The notes: generated by a model not told the origin, from the letters alone. A stretch of 64,000 nt of DNA from Nitrospirota bacterium (GCA_963749655.1 CAVVOB010000012.1:160001-224000), one strand, 5' to 3'. Positions 19,787 through 29,494 are shown, counted from the first letter of the stretch. Made by a program: numbers and translations.

Positions 19787-21205
19787 TTAAAAATCTGCCA
19801 TTTCCGCAGCCATCTTTCTTTCGGACCACCAGTTGAAGAACTTGACGCCGGCAAAGGCGCCGGTCACCATGCCGATCCCGTACAGCCAGCCGCTGGGGTC
19901 GCCGCCTGCGACGCGGATGAAGAAAGCGCCAATGTTGCATCCCAGCGCCGGGCGCGATCCGAGGCCCATCAGCGTGCCGCCCAGGAGACCCCAAACGATC
20001 AGCTCGCCCTTCGGGAGCTTGAACTTGAATTCCTTGCTCATGAGCGACATGATCATGGCGCCGAAGATGATGCCGAGGGACATCCAGAGCGCCGGGTTTC
20101 TCCACAGCTCAGGGAGGCCGTTGTTCACGCCGAAGAACACGTTGTCACGCATGTTCCAGCCGAGCTTGCTCAGGACCCAGGCCCCGAACTGGCCTTCCTG
20201 GCTCGTGATGTACCAGTAGCCGGGGTCGAACACGGTGCCCCGGATGCTGGTGTCCGCTGCATGTCCCATCTTGGTCAGGAGCTGCCCGAAGTTTGAAACG
20301 CCGAACTTGATCTGCATGCCTTTCATGACGAAAATATGGAGTCCCGCCGTGATGCCGATGATGACGCCCATGATAGTGGTTCGCTTGGACGCGGTCAGCA
20401 TGCTCCAGATTCCGGAAAATTCGTCCGCGAACGTAGCCGGTTTGCCCGTCTTTTTCGCGAGTTTTTTCAGGAACCCTTTACGGATGTAGAAAGCATAGAT
20501 AACCACGATAAGTATAAGCGCGGGGATGATCGCGCTGATGAGCGCGTCAGCGACAAAATATTTCGATGCGCCTGGAAGGACGCTGGCAAAGGTTTCGGTA
20601 TGCGAGAGCTGGATCGAAGGTTTGTCCCAGACATAGCCGGTAAGGTAGTAGTCGAACCAGGAAGTGACCTTGTCAGCCGGAAGGTTCTTCGCTGCGGAGG
20701 ATGCTACCCAGGAATCAGGGACCAGTTTCAGGAATGGCCCGCCGACATCGACAAAGATGGCCTGGCCGAAGGATATGCCGAGAATCGAGAGGATCGAGGT
20801 GCCGTTGCCCTCACCGATCTTATACAGCGAGCCCGACGCGCACCCGCCGGCAAGGACCATGCCGACACCGAAGATCATCCCCGAGATGAGTGTATGAATG
20901 CCGAACGGAGCCGGGTGGAAGGTGCTCATGTTCGTGGCCGCCAGGGTAGCCTGGATGATGCTGAAAAAGATAAGTGCCACCAGGATGCCCACGGCCATTC
21001 TGGGAACGCCCGCGGCAAACAGGTCCCTCGATGCCGACGCAAAGCAGAACCTGCCGTACTGCAGCATCATGCCGTAAGCAATTCCGAACCAAATATATAC
21101 TACGAGATACATGTAGTATACATTCGCCTTGTAGTAGAGCAGGCTGATGAAGATCATCACGCCTGTCACGATAAAGGCCCAGATCTGATTTTTTTTCTCA
21201 TCCAT
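19787..21205 (-). CDS. YeeE/YedE-family thiosulfate/sulfur transporter (full length)
   Basis: GRFCFASA, AGGCASG and LGCNIGAF (three conserved Cys motifs); adjacent tusA. Confidence 0.92.
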   Translation of the reverse strand: MDEKKNQIWAFIVTGVMIFISLLYYKANVYYMYLVVYIWFGIAYGMMLQYGRFCFASASRDLFAAGVPRMAVGILVALIFFSIIQATLAATNMSTFHPAPFGIHTLISGMIFGVGMVLAGGCASGSLYKIGEGNGTSILSILGISFGQAIFVDVGGPFLKLVPDSWVASSAAKNLPADKVTSWFDYYLTGYVWDKPSIQLSHTETFASVLPGASKYFVADALISAIIPALILIVVIYAFYIRKGFLKKLAKKTGKPATFADEFSGIWSMLTASKRTTIMGVIIGITAGLHIFVMKGMQIKFGVSNFGQLLTKMGHAADTSIRGTVFDPGYWYITSQEGQFGAWVLSKLGWNMRDNVFFGVNNGLPELWRNPALWMSLGIIFGAMIMSLMSKEFKFKLPKGELIVWGLLGGTLMGLGSRPALGCNIGAFFIRVAGGDPSGWLYGIGMVTGAFAGVKFFNWWSERKMAAEMADF

Positions 21206-21489
21206 AAGACTATTTCCCCCTTAAAAAATAGTTTAAAAGAAGCAAAAGGATGGTGAACCGATAATTGTGCTCGACTATCGTCCCCCCTTTCCCCGGTGGA
21301 GTCCGCTGATTGATTATAGCAAGTAGCTGGGGCGTTCGTAGGTGAAGGTAAATTTGTGGAGTGCACATCATCTACAGGTGTATATATAAATAACACAAAA
21401 TGCCCACCGAAAACAAGACTTTTTTTCGGGTTTGCGCTGCGTAATTATTTGATTTTAAAATATAAAATTGTAATTTTAGCCTGGATGCA

Positions 21490-21510
21490 TTATGCAACAT
21501 ATATGCATAA
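21490..21510. promoter_or_regulatory. Palindromic operator candidate upstream of the yeeE-tusA operon
   Basis: TTATGCA-N7-TGCATAA in an AT-rich intergenic region. Confidence 0.45.
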
Positions 21511-21556
21511 ACATGGCGTGAAATAAGGGTGGAATTGAGGTGGAAATGTGGGCAGG

Positions 21557-23269
21557 TCAGCGGTCCCGGGCGGCCGGAGCCCCCTGGGCCGCGGAATAGA
21601 CGCAGATGGCGGTCTGCAAACGGAAGATCGCCTCGCTTTTGTCGAACGTTGCGGACAGCCGGCGGCCCCCCAGTCTCTGTATCAGGGCTTTCGGAAGAGC
21701 GGTGGAGGTCATATCCGAGATGACGACGAGTGCGGCGGTCTCCCGGTTTGCGGGCAACGGCGCTTCGTAGTATGGAGGATTTCGGTACTCCCAGGTGAAC
21801 CGGAGTGAGGATTGCATTCTCTCATCGTCGGGGGGGAAAGATTCGGGGGAGTAGCGGAACACCAGGCGTTTGTCGGTGAACAGGTCAAGCAGGGGCACTG
21901 CAGTTGCCGGATTTGCCATGGGGTCCGCAGGAGGGATCGTGATGACCTCGACTTGGTCCTCCTTCAGCGTATTCAGGTATCGACCGGCCCTCTGCAGGTT
22001 TGCAGCGCTCATGGTCTCCGCAAGCGGCAAATAGGCGAAGACCGCAACCACGATCGATGACGTGACGATGCCGTAGGAAATGAAGCGTCGAAGATCATCG
22101 CGTCTGACCATCTGCAGCCCGTATCCGGCCATCAGCGCGAGCATAGGGAAGACCGGAAGCGTGTACCTGATCCGTTTGACGCTGAAGGCAAAGATGAAGA
22201 GAAGGGGCCAGGCCGCAATGAGAAACTTCGCGTCCCGCCGTCGGATTGCAGCAACGGCAGCAACCAGCGCTGCCGCGATTATGAAGGGGTGGGTCTGGAA
22301 CAGGAAGGTAGACAGGAAGCTTTCACCCCACCGGCCGAGTCCGGGTTTCTGATACTCGTGCAGGAGCCGGAGCTGTGCTGCAATCACATCATATTTCAAG
22401 AACAAGACGGTCCCTGCAAGGAGCGCCCCGGCAGCGAGAACGGCAGCGCTGCGGACCACGGTGTTTCTGGCTCCGGGTCCTTTCGTGCTGAAGGCGTAAA
22501 TTACGGCGGCGATGCCGAGCGTGGACAGCATGATCCAGGAGGAGTACTTTGCCATCACGGCCAGCGCCAAAGCGCCTGCGGCACCCAGGATCCGCAAAGC
22601 GCCCCCTTCATGCAAAACCTGGATGAAAGCGTAGAGCGCCAGTGTCAGGAAGAACATGGTCGGTACGTCCACGAGCAGAAGGGGGACCTGGGTCAGCAGG
22701 TACGGGATGCCGATGAGCAGAAGGCCGGCGATGAAGCCCGTTTCGCGGTTCCAGAGCTTTTTCCCGATCCGGCAGGTAAGAACCGAAGTGAGCGCGAACA
22801 GGGCGGTATTGAACAACTGGACGGCGATTCTGCTCTCGCCCGATATTTTAAAGATCAGGCCGTACAGGAACGGCAACAGCGGCAGGTCCGTCCAGGCGAC
22901 GATCGATCGGCCCCATTCCCTGAAAAAGTATCCTGCGCCGTACAGCTCGAGATGTTTGGCCTGGGTGAAGTACCGCGAGGCGTCGACGATGAGCTCGGAT
23001 TCCCGCCAGAAGGGCAGGCATGCCGCAAAGGAGACCGCGGCAAGGAAGGGCTGCTCGAATCGTTCAGGGATTGCGGGCCTCGACAGAATAAAAGCTAGAA
23101 CGAGGCCTGCGACCAGAAGAAGGTAGATCCGCGAGGCGTCGATCCCGGCAAAGGCCCAGGCCCAGCTGAAAAGGGTGTTGTTATCCGCTGTGCGTCCCAG
23201 ATAGGAGCAGACGAAGACCAGAAGAAAAAGAGCGCTGACAGCGAGGACGGGTGCAAGCCTGTACCGCAT
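21557..23269 (-). CDS. GT-C (ArnT/PMT, family 39-like) glycosyltransferase
   Basis: Multi-TM protein; VDASRY, DLPLLP, VDVPTMF, AKYS. Confidence 0.8.
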   Translation of the reverse strand: MRYRLAPVLAVSALFLLVFVCSYLGRTADNNTLFSWAWAFAGIDASRIYLLLVAGLVLAFILSRPAIPERFEQPFLAAVSFAACLPFWRESELIVDASRYFTQAKHLELYGAGYFFREWGRSIVAWTDLPLLPFLYGLIFKISGESRIAVQLFNTALFALTSVLTCRIGKKLWNRETGFIAGLLLIGIPYLLTQVPLLLVDVPTMFFLTLALYAFIQVLHEGGALRILGAAGALALAVMAKYSSWIMLSTLGIAAVIYAFSTKGPGARNTVVRSAAVLAAGALLAGTVLFLKYDVIAAQLRLLHEYQKPGLGRWGESFLSTFLFQTHPFIIAAALVAAVAAIRRRDAKFLIAAWPLLFIFAFSVKRIRYTLPVFPMLALMAGYGLQMVRRDDLRRFISYGIVTSSIVVAVFAYLPLAETMSAANLQRAGRYLNTLKEDQVEVITIPPADPMANPATAVPLLDLFTDKRLVFRYSPESFPPDDERMQSSLRFTWEYRNPPYYEAPLPANRETAALVVISDMTSTALPKALIQRLGGRRLSATFDKSEAIFRLQTAICVYSAAQGAPAARDR

Positions 23270-23397
23270 GGCGGGATTATAGCATTATCATTGGTGACGC
23301 ACCATGTTTTTCCGGCCGACAGCCGTGCACGGGCAGACTAACAGCATCGAACAATCCGTGTGCATCTCCGGGGTCTCATCCGCATCCGGAGAGGCGT

Positions 23398-24591
23398 TTA
23401 TTCCTTCTTGATCGCTGCCAGGGGTTCCAGGCTCTTGAGCCGCCAAATGGGTGAAAGCGCGCCGACAGCGCATATTACCACTCCCGTAACAAGACCCGCC
23501 GCCGCGATGGAAAGCCGGTCCGACCCCGTGATTCCGTTGGAAAGGGTTTTCAGAATGACGTAGTTTTTTTCAAGAAGCAGCGAAAGCGCTGATCCCGAGA
23601 GAACGCCGACAACGCTGCCGGCAGCTCCGACGGCGAATACCTCGGTCAGAAACAGCAGAACGATATGCGATTTCCGCGCTCCCATAGCCCTCATGATGCC
23701 GACTTCCCGTGATCGTTCCCCTGCAATGGCCGAAAAAATCGACCACGCCAGGAACAGGGACATGAGCGATGTCATGACGATCAGAACGACAAACAATTGC
23801 CTGAGATCCTTCAAGGTCCCGATGATGCTCTTCCCGATATCCTTTCGTGCAATGACGTCCACGTCCACGATCTCACCTTCTACCGCCCGCCCTACGACGT
23901 ATGGATCATAGCCTTTCTTGACCCTGGTCAGGATAATGGATATCTGACCGGCCTTCAATGCGGATTTTCCTTCCCGGAGTATGTCGGTCACGCTTTCCTC
24001 GCCGATGAAGATCGCGTTGTCCAGACCGGTCCCGGTTTTTTCCAGGCTTCCCAGGATGGTGAAGCGGGTGCCGAAGAGGTTGGCATCGACCTCCATGAGT
24101 CCGCGGCCGATGTTGAGAAACGATTCGTACCCGACAATCGCCTCCCCTCTGTTCAGTCTCCTTCCGATCGCTTTGTGCAGCCAGGGCTTGATGATGAAAT
24201 CCGAATCCTGATTGAACGCGACAATTTTTGCCTCGGGGATATCGCAGCAAAGACCGGGAATGGTGGTGAGATAGGTCTGGTACGTGATCTGTTCTATCCC
24301 TTCTATCTTTTCCAGACGGGCGATGACCGATTTGTCCATGTAGAACGATCGCGCCTCGGTCTCGAGCAGCACTTCTTCGGCAATTCGGGACGCTCCGACA
24401 GGGATGACCAGGAGATCGGCTCCAAGCCGGTCGGAGGAACGTTTGATGCCCGAGGTCACGCTCACCACGAAGGACAGACCGAATACCAGCAAACAGGCGA
24501 CGAGGCTTATCGAAAAAGCGAGCACGCCCGTTCTGAAAGGTCTCCTTCGAAGATTCTTTATCCCAAAGGTTAAGAGGCTGAGTTTTTTCAT
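23398..24591 (-). CDS. ABC transporter permease (MacB/FtsX-like) with CC motif
   Basis: KNLRRRPFRT, RLGADLLV, GLCCDIP, ERSREVGIMRAMG. Confidence 0.9.
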   Translation of the reverse strand: MKKLSLLTFGIKNLRRRPFRTGVLAFSISLVACLLVFGLSFVVSVTSGIKRSSDRLGADLLVIPVGASRIAEEVLLETEARSFYMDKSVIARLEKIEGIEQITYQTYLTTIPGLCCDIPEAKIVAFNQDSDFIIKPWLHKAIGRRLNRGEAIVGYESFLNIGRGLMEVDANLFGTRFTILGSLEKTGTGLDNAIFIGEESVTDILREGKSALKAGQISIILTRVKKGYDPYVVGRAVEGEIVDVDVIARKDIGKSIIGTLKDLRQLFVVLIVMTSLMSLFLAWSIFSAIAGERSREVGIMRAMGARKSHIVLLFLTEVFAVGAAGSVVGVLSGSALSLLLEKNYVILKTLSNGITGSDRLSIAAAGLVTGVVICAVGALSPIWRLKSLEPLAAIKKE

Positions 24592-24690
24592 AATGGGGTT
24601 GTCGCCGGGGAAAACGAGCGGGCATTCCGGAAACATCACGGAATACCCGCTTTCTATCCTGTCAGTGAACGGGCTGCATCGTGCAGGGAG

Positions 24691-25788
24691 CTATTTTTTC
24701 CAATTGCCGTCTATGCCGCACAGAATAGCACTTCCCGTTATGCCCGCTCCGTCATGGCAGGCCTTGCATGTCGATACCGGCTTGCCCACGAGTTTTTTTG
24801 CGGTCATATCGTACAGCTGTATGGTACCGTCCATGATATCCTTGTTGTCGGCGGTTTTCCCGACGTTTTCACGGAGTGTCAGAACGGCATATTTTCCGTC
24901 GGGAGTAGGCATCACGTCGTGGTTCTCTCCGCTCACCATCTCTTCGTCAAGCACCTTGAGCGTTTTTGCATCCATCAGGACCATCCTGTCCCTGCCCGAC
25001 TGCAACAGATATTTCCCGTCGGTGGTGAAATACTGTCTGAAGGTGATGGTTTTTCCGGGATCTCCCGTGATGGTGGCTTTTTTAGTCACCTTTGCCTTGC
25101 CTTGCTCGAGTGATTTCATATCGAGCATGAGAATATCGATCTTCCCGTTGGGTTTTCCGCCGTCCGCCAGGTTCACCGCCACGACGAAGCTCTTCATGTC
25201 CGGAGTATTCGTGCCGTGATAAAATTTCGTCTCGCCCGGCTTGTAATCAAGGAACACCCGGTGTTTCAGCTTGAGCGTTTTTTTGTCGAATACGTCGATA
25301 TAGGCCTCATCGGTCATGGTAACGGGCATGAAGGAATTATTGGACTGGCCCGAGCCGCAATAGAGCGCACCGGTCCACTTTGCACGATCGTCGAGTTTCA
25401 ACGCCTCGTCCTTTATCACTTTCCCGGTCGTCAGGTCCGAAACGCCGACGTGGACCATGCCGTTTGGGTCCAGTTTGTAGGTTGACCAATACATCTTGGT
25501 CCTGTCCTTGGCGTCGATCCTCGGGTCGTGGGTCGGATGGGTCGTTTTCGATCCGATATCGATTTTGTCCAGACTCGAGATTTTAATGGGATTTTCCGCG
25601 TTGCTCGGGTCGATGACCGCATCAGCCACGGCGAAATGACCGCCCATGGCCGATACATAGAGCTTGCCCGAATAAGTTTTTACCGAAGCCACAGCGGTCC
25701 CTGCTTTGACGTCCGCCGTGCTGAACCCGAGATAAGCCAGCAAAGCAAAAGCTGCGGCAACAATTGTGAGTATCGAGTATCTTTTCAT
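24691..25788 (-). CDS. Exported beta-propeller-like protein with C-terminal CxxCH
   Basis: Signal peptide; TPDMK/TTDGKY/TPDGKY blade-like repeats; CKACH. Confidence 0.75.
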   Translation of the reverse strand: MKRYSILTIVAAAFALLAYLGFSTADVKAGTAVASVKTYSGKLYVSAMGGHFAVADAVIDPSNAENPIKISSLDKIDIGSKTTHPTHDPRIDAKDRTKMYWSTYKLDPNGMVHVGVSDLTTGKVIKDEALKLDDRAKWTGALYCGSGQSNNSFMPVTMTDEAYIDVFDKKTLKLKHRVFLDYKPGETKFYHGTNTPDMKSFVVAVNLADGGKPNGKIDILMLDMKSLEQGKAKVTKKATITGDPGKTITFRQYFTTDGKYLLQSGRDRMVLMDAKTLKVLDEEMVSGENHDVMPTPDGKYAVLTLRENVGKTADNKDIMDGTIQLYDMTAKKLVGKPVSTCKACHDGAGITGSAILCGIDGNWKK

Positions 25789-26087
25789 TTTTCTCCCCCG
25801 TTTAGTATATTTCGTATTGTGCACATGCGAATTGCTGAGAGTAACGGATACCGTATTCAGGACAAAATGCAGGCCCTTGCTTCAGGTTATCACCTCCTTT
25901 TCTGGCGCCGAACCGGATCTTCTTCCCTGGCAATGCCCCGGCGAGGGAGAAAAACGGACGGCGTCATTCGGGATTCGTGAGATGATTCTGTATTGCTGCC
26001 CGTCGGAATGTATTGACTGCGTGCGAAAGGAAGGAAAAGCTCCCTCACGATGACATGCCGGCGCCGACAGGCCGAAACGGAGCGCAG

Positions 26088-26384
26088 CTAAGCTGTGACA
26101 GAATATTTGGGAGGATGTTCGTTTTGTACGGCGATAAGGAGTTGCGGGAACAGGGGTGCTGCGGGTCGATTGCATCGAAAGGAGGGGAACGACAACGGTG
26201 CTCCGTACTTGTCAGCCGCTATCGGAGCATCGTCGTGATCGATTGACTCGGTAAAGGACAACGGACATTCATTGAGCGTATCGACGGCTGATGAGCCGGC
26301 GGCGGGTGTGCTGGACGAGGTTGTACAGGGGACGAAGACGTTATACAGCAGCGTGATTGCTATGAGAATGGTGATCCATCTCAC
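26088..26384 (-). CDS. Small exported leader-type protein (98 aa) ending NEHPPKYSVTA, probably leaderless
   Basis: GTG 26384 lies 6 nt downstream of the -10 box; hydrophobic N-terminus; three Cys. Confidence 0.6.
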   Translation of the reverse strand: MRWITILIAITLLYNVFVPCTTSSSTPAAGSSAVDTLNECPLSFTESIDHDDAPIAADKYGAPLSFPSFRCNRPAAPLFPQLLIAVQNEHPPKYSVTA

Positions 26385-26390
26385 GGGAGC

Positions 26391-26419
26391 ACTATAGTGC
26401 AAAACAAAAATGCTGTCAA
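26391..26419 (-). promoter_or_regulatory. sigma70 promoter
   Basis: TTGACA-N17-TATAGT on the minus strand. Confidence 0.75.
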
Positions 26420-26561
26420 TGCAAAAGCCAGGGCTGCAGAGAGGCGAAACTTCGTGATTGCGAAACTCGATAAACCGCAAAGGCCTCTTCATCGGGGCAC
26501 CGGTGAAGGGAACGGCATCGGAACAAGGGCAGCATGTCGCAGGGGCTTGAGGGAAGGAGGC

Positions 26562-26592
26562 AAAACCGGGAGGCATCAATGATGCCTCCCGG
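26562..26592 (-). terminator. Intrinsic terminator after the rhodanese gene
   Basis: CCGGGAGGCATC-N3-GATGCCTCCCGG 12-bp stem followed by TTTT on the minus strand. Confidence 0.8.
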
Positions 26593-26600
26593 AAGAGGAT

Positions 26601-27101
26601 TTACTTCTGCACGGGATAGTTCTTGGCCCCGGCATTCTTGATGGCCTCCTGCATCAGCTGGCCGCCGCGATAGCCCTTCGCCCACGCGGCATATCCGAAG
26701 GACATGGTATAGGCGTCATAGCCGAGCGCCCGCAGGCCGACGATGGGCAGGTTTTGCGTCTGGCCGGTAACACATGCCAGGATTATCTTCTTTCCCTTCG
26801 GGAGTTTACTCAGGTTTTCCGGCTTGAAAATGTCCTGCACCAAGATCTGGATGGAGCCCGGGATGTGACCTCCTCCGTACTCCGCAGGATTCGGCCGCAC
26901 ATCAACGATGACAAAGTCGGTTTTCTTTGCGCTGATCATAGCCGACACATCGTCGGCGCTGACCTGCCAGAACTTGGCTCCCGCGGCCTGCGAGAGAACG
27001 GTATTCAGTTTTGCGGCCATGTCATCCGCCGCAGAGGCCGTCGGAGCGGCTATGGTTACAGCACAGAGGGCAAGCACCAGTACGATCAGTATCTTTTTCA
27101 T
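26601..27101 (-). CDS. Exported rhodanese-domain protein
   Basis: Signal peptide, IVDVR, GHIPGS, active-loop CVTGQT. Confidence 0.92.
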   Translation of the reverse strand: MKKILIVLVLALCAVTIAAPTASAADDMAAKLNTVLSQAAGAKFWQVSADDVSAMISAKKTDFVIVDVRPNPAEYGGGHIPGSIQILVQDIFKPENLSKLPKGKKIILACVTGQTQNLPIVGLRALGYDAYTMSFGYAAWAKGYRGGQLMQEAIKNAGAKNYPVQK

Positions 27102-27285
27102 GGTTTTCTCCTTTTTGATGAAGTCGCTATGTCAAAACATTTCACACCACGCGAGGACGAGAAGGCACCGAGGTCATTATAACAAATATATTTGACCTGC
27201 GTTGGAGTCCACCCTGCCCTTAGGACAGGCCCTTCATTTCGCCATGACGGCGGGGAATATCCGGACGCTCACCAACCGTTCTATT

Positions 27286-27594
27286 TCAAAGGACGATCAC
27301 GCGGTCCGCTTCGTGCAGCATGGTTGCGTTGTTGTACTGGCTTCCGCAGACGATTTCCTTCGAGAGCCCTTCCGATGAAACACCCATGTGCTTTGCGCTG
27401 TGGTCGCAAAAGCTCATGGATACGCCGGGCGTCTTGCACAGCTCTGCATAGATCGCCGAGTGGACTACCTTGGTGCCGTCATCCATGTTGAAGAGGGTGA
27501 CCGTATGGCCTTTTGCAAGCGAGGCCATGGTGATCCCTTTTACGGCGTCGAGATTTTTATCGGTATTCACGAAAATGCCGAGTTTCATGAGCAT
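27286..27594 (-). CDS. DsrE-family protein
   Basis: LFNMDDG, FCDHSA, GSQYNNA..ADRVIVL. Confidence 0.88.
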   Translation of the reverse strand: MLMKLGIFVNTDKNLDAVKGITMASLAKGHTVTLFNMDDGTKVVHSAIYAELCKTPGVSMSFCDHSAKHMGVSSEGLSKEIVCGSQYNNATMLHEADRVIVL

Positions 27595-27614
27595 GTCTCC
27601 TTTCCGAATCCTCT

Positions 27615-27782
27615 TTACCAGGACACGACCTTGTCGCTGGAGAATATGAGGTCTACAAGCTTTCCATAATCCTTGTCCTTCCGAATGTCTACGAGAGTTA
27701 CGGTATTTCCCTTTTTGTGGATATCAAGAATAGTTTTTGCAGTGGCGTCGAGATCGCTCTTCTGTATATGGAGAACTTTCAT
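27615..27782 (-). CDS. Small DsrH/TusB-like conserved protein
   Basis: MKVLHI...DYGKLVDLIFSSDKVVSW; GAGGTG RBS; paralog at 29796. Confidence 0.75.
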   Translation of the reverse strand: MKVLHIQKSDLDATAKTILDIHKKGNTVTLVDIRKDKDYGKLVDLIFSSDKVVSW

Positions 27783-27810
27783 TATCATCACCTCTTTAGG
27801 AAAATTAGTT

Positions 27811-28083
27811 TTAGTAGGGCACAATGTGGTCGTACTCAAGGAGCTTCTTTGCTAAATCTTCGGTTGACAGAAAATCCATGCCGTCATTCGCTTTCGTATT
27901 TGTGCAAAGCTTCATGCCCATGTCTTTGATCGTCTCGAGGTTCAGGTCGTTGTCGTCGTTTTTTTCGACCTTCCTGTCGAGCACATAGACATCGATCGTA
28001 TCGTCCATGAGCGTGACGCCGACGGACATCCGGAGGGCCTCACCCTGCCGGTCTCTGACGAGTACTGCGACTTTCTTTGCCAT
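27811..28083 (-). CDS. DsrF/TusC-like conserved protein
   Basis: KKVAVLVRDRQGEALR...LLEYDHIVPY; paralog at 29495. Confidence 0.8.
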   Translation of the reverse strand: MAKKVAVLVRDRQGEALRMSVGVTLMDDTIDVYVLDRKVEKNDDNDLNLETIKDMGMKLCTNTKANDGMDFLSTEDLAKKLLEYDHIVPY

Positions 28084-28493
28084 GCGTTCCTCCTTATTAT
28101 TCGTATTATAGAAATTCTGGTTCATGTGCCGGGACTGATCCTGTCGTCATCGGATTTTGAACGACACCACCTCCTCGATCAACTGGTGACAACGGCGCAG
28201 TGGAAAAAAATTCGTGTTGAGAGAAATGATTGCGCTCCGACGGTTGTGTGATCCGGGGAGCCTTAGTTGCAGGATAAAGAATGTTAGCAGTTTCTAAACA
28301 GAATTAATTTGTTTCAGCAGGAATATGGTGTTCGGATGCGCGTACCATAATACAAAAAAATCCAAATTGCAAGCAGAGACCGGTTGTCTGTTCCATAAAG
28401 TCTCATTATGCGGTAATGAAAGATTTTTATACGACTGCACCGGCCGTCCAGCCGGACGGTTCGGCAGGTTTTCTTTCCTTCTGAAAACGAGTA

Positions 28494-28522
28494 TTGACAG
28501 GCGGGATGGTTTTTGTTAAGGT
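28494..28522 (+). promoter_or_regulatory. sigma70 promoter upstream of tusA
   Basis: TTGACA-N17-TAAGGT with extended -10 TG. Confidence 0.55.
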
Positions 28523-28722
28523 ACTGTGTCCTGCCCGTTCGGAATCGCATCCATCATCGACAATCATCGAACTATTGACGGGACGCTGTGCAGCCGGCAG
28601 CGCTGGCCGTTTTTTTTTCGGCCCGAGCACAATGCGGGAGCGGATTTCTTCAAGCTCATGGGGTGGGTAACGGGCTGCGGAAAGGCCCTAATTTGATACT
28701 TATCAATTGAGGAGGAACGATC

Positions 28723-28971
28723 ATGGCACTGAAAGACGAAGCACCGAAAGAAACGCTGGATACGCTCGGAAGAGTATGCCCCTATCCGCTTCTGCTGACC
28801 AAAAAAGCGCTGGAGAAGCTCGGCAGCGGCCAGATGCTGAAGGTTCTTTGCGATGCGCCCGCATCGGCCGAGGACAGCATCCCCCGGTATGCAGAGAAGC
28901 AGGGCTATACGTTCGAGTCCGTAAAGCTGGAAGACAAAGGCATGTGGGAGCTGTACATCAAGAAGTCCTAA
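28723..28971 (+). CDS. tusA: Sulfurtransferase TusA family
   Basis: LDTLGRVCPYP; GAGGAGG RBS. Confidence 0.93.
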   Translation: MALKDEAPKETLDTLGRVCPYPLLLTKKALEKLGSGQMLKVLCDAPASAEDSIPRYAEKQGYTFESVKLEDKGMWELYIKKS

Positions 28972-28993
28972 TTCGAGCACGAGTCAGTACCGT

Positions 28994-29027
28994 AGCCGGG
29001 CAGAAGCAATCTGCCCGGCTTTTTTTT
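28994..29027 (+). terminator. Intrinsic terminator after tusA
   Basis: AGCCGGGCAGA-N5-TCTGCCCGGCT followed by a T-run. Confidence 0.85.
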
Positions 29028-29163
29028 AGTATCGAGACCAGGCAGGCGACGGACTTCCTTCTTGCGGGCGATGCACCTGTCCGTGGGCGGAGGAAGGCAA
29101 CTTTGTCGTGGTTTTCTTCAGAGCGAAGTGGGATAATTGCCGCTGGCGAGAGGAGGTGAGACA

Positions 29164-29469
29164 ATGGCGAAAGGGACACTGGGCATCATGATAACGAAGT
29201 ATGAGAACCTGGAGCATGTTTCCGGCGTGGTAAAAGCCGCGAGCGCCGCAGGGCATGGGGTCATGGTTTTCATGACCGATGAAGGCGTCAGGTTCACGAA
29301 GGACCCGAAGTTCCTCGAACTGCTCAAGGTCGGCGGTGTGGAAATTTCATGCTGCGACCACAGCTGCGAGGGGGTGGGGCTCCATGACAAGACCGACGGC
29401 ATATCGTACGGCAGCCAGTACAACAACGCGATGATGCTGCATGATTGCGCGCGGGTACTGGTGTTCTGA
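29164..29469 (+). CDS. DsrE-family protein
   Basis: VFMTDEGV, SCCDHSC, GSQYNNA; AGGAGGT RBS. Confidence 0.9.
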   Translation: MAKGTLGIMITKYENLEHVSGVVKAASAAGHGVMVFMTDEGVRFTKDPKFLELLKVGGVEISCCDHSCEGVGLHDKTDGISYGSQYNNAMMLHDCARVLVF

Positions 29470-29494
29470 CAAATCGACAAAAGGGAGTCTGCGA

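Noticed and set aside
28296-28314. Imperfect palindrome AAACAGAATTAATTTGTTT
   Set aside because: A single imperfect AT-rich instance with no second copy; too weak to call an operator.
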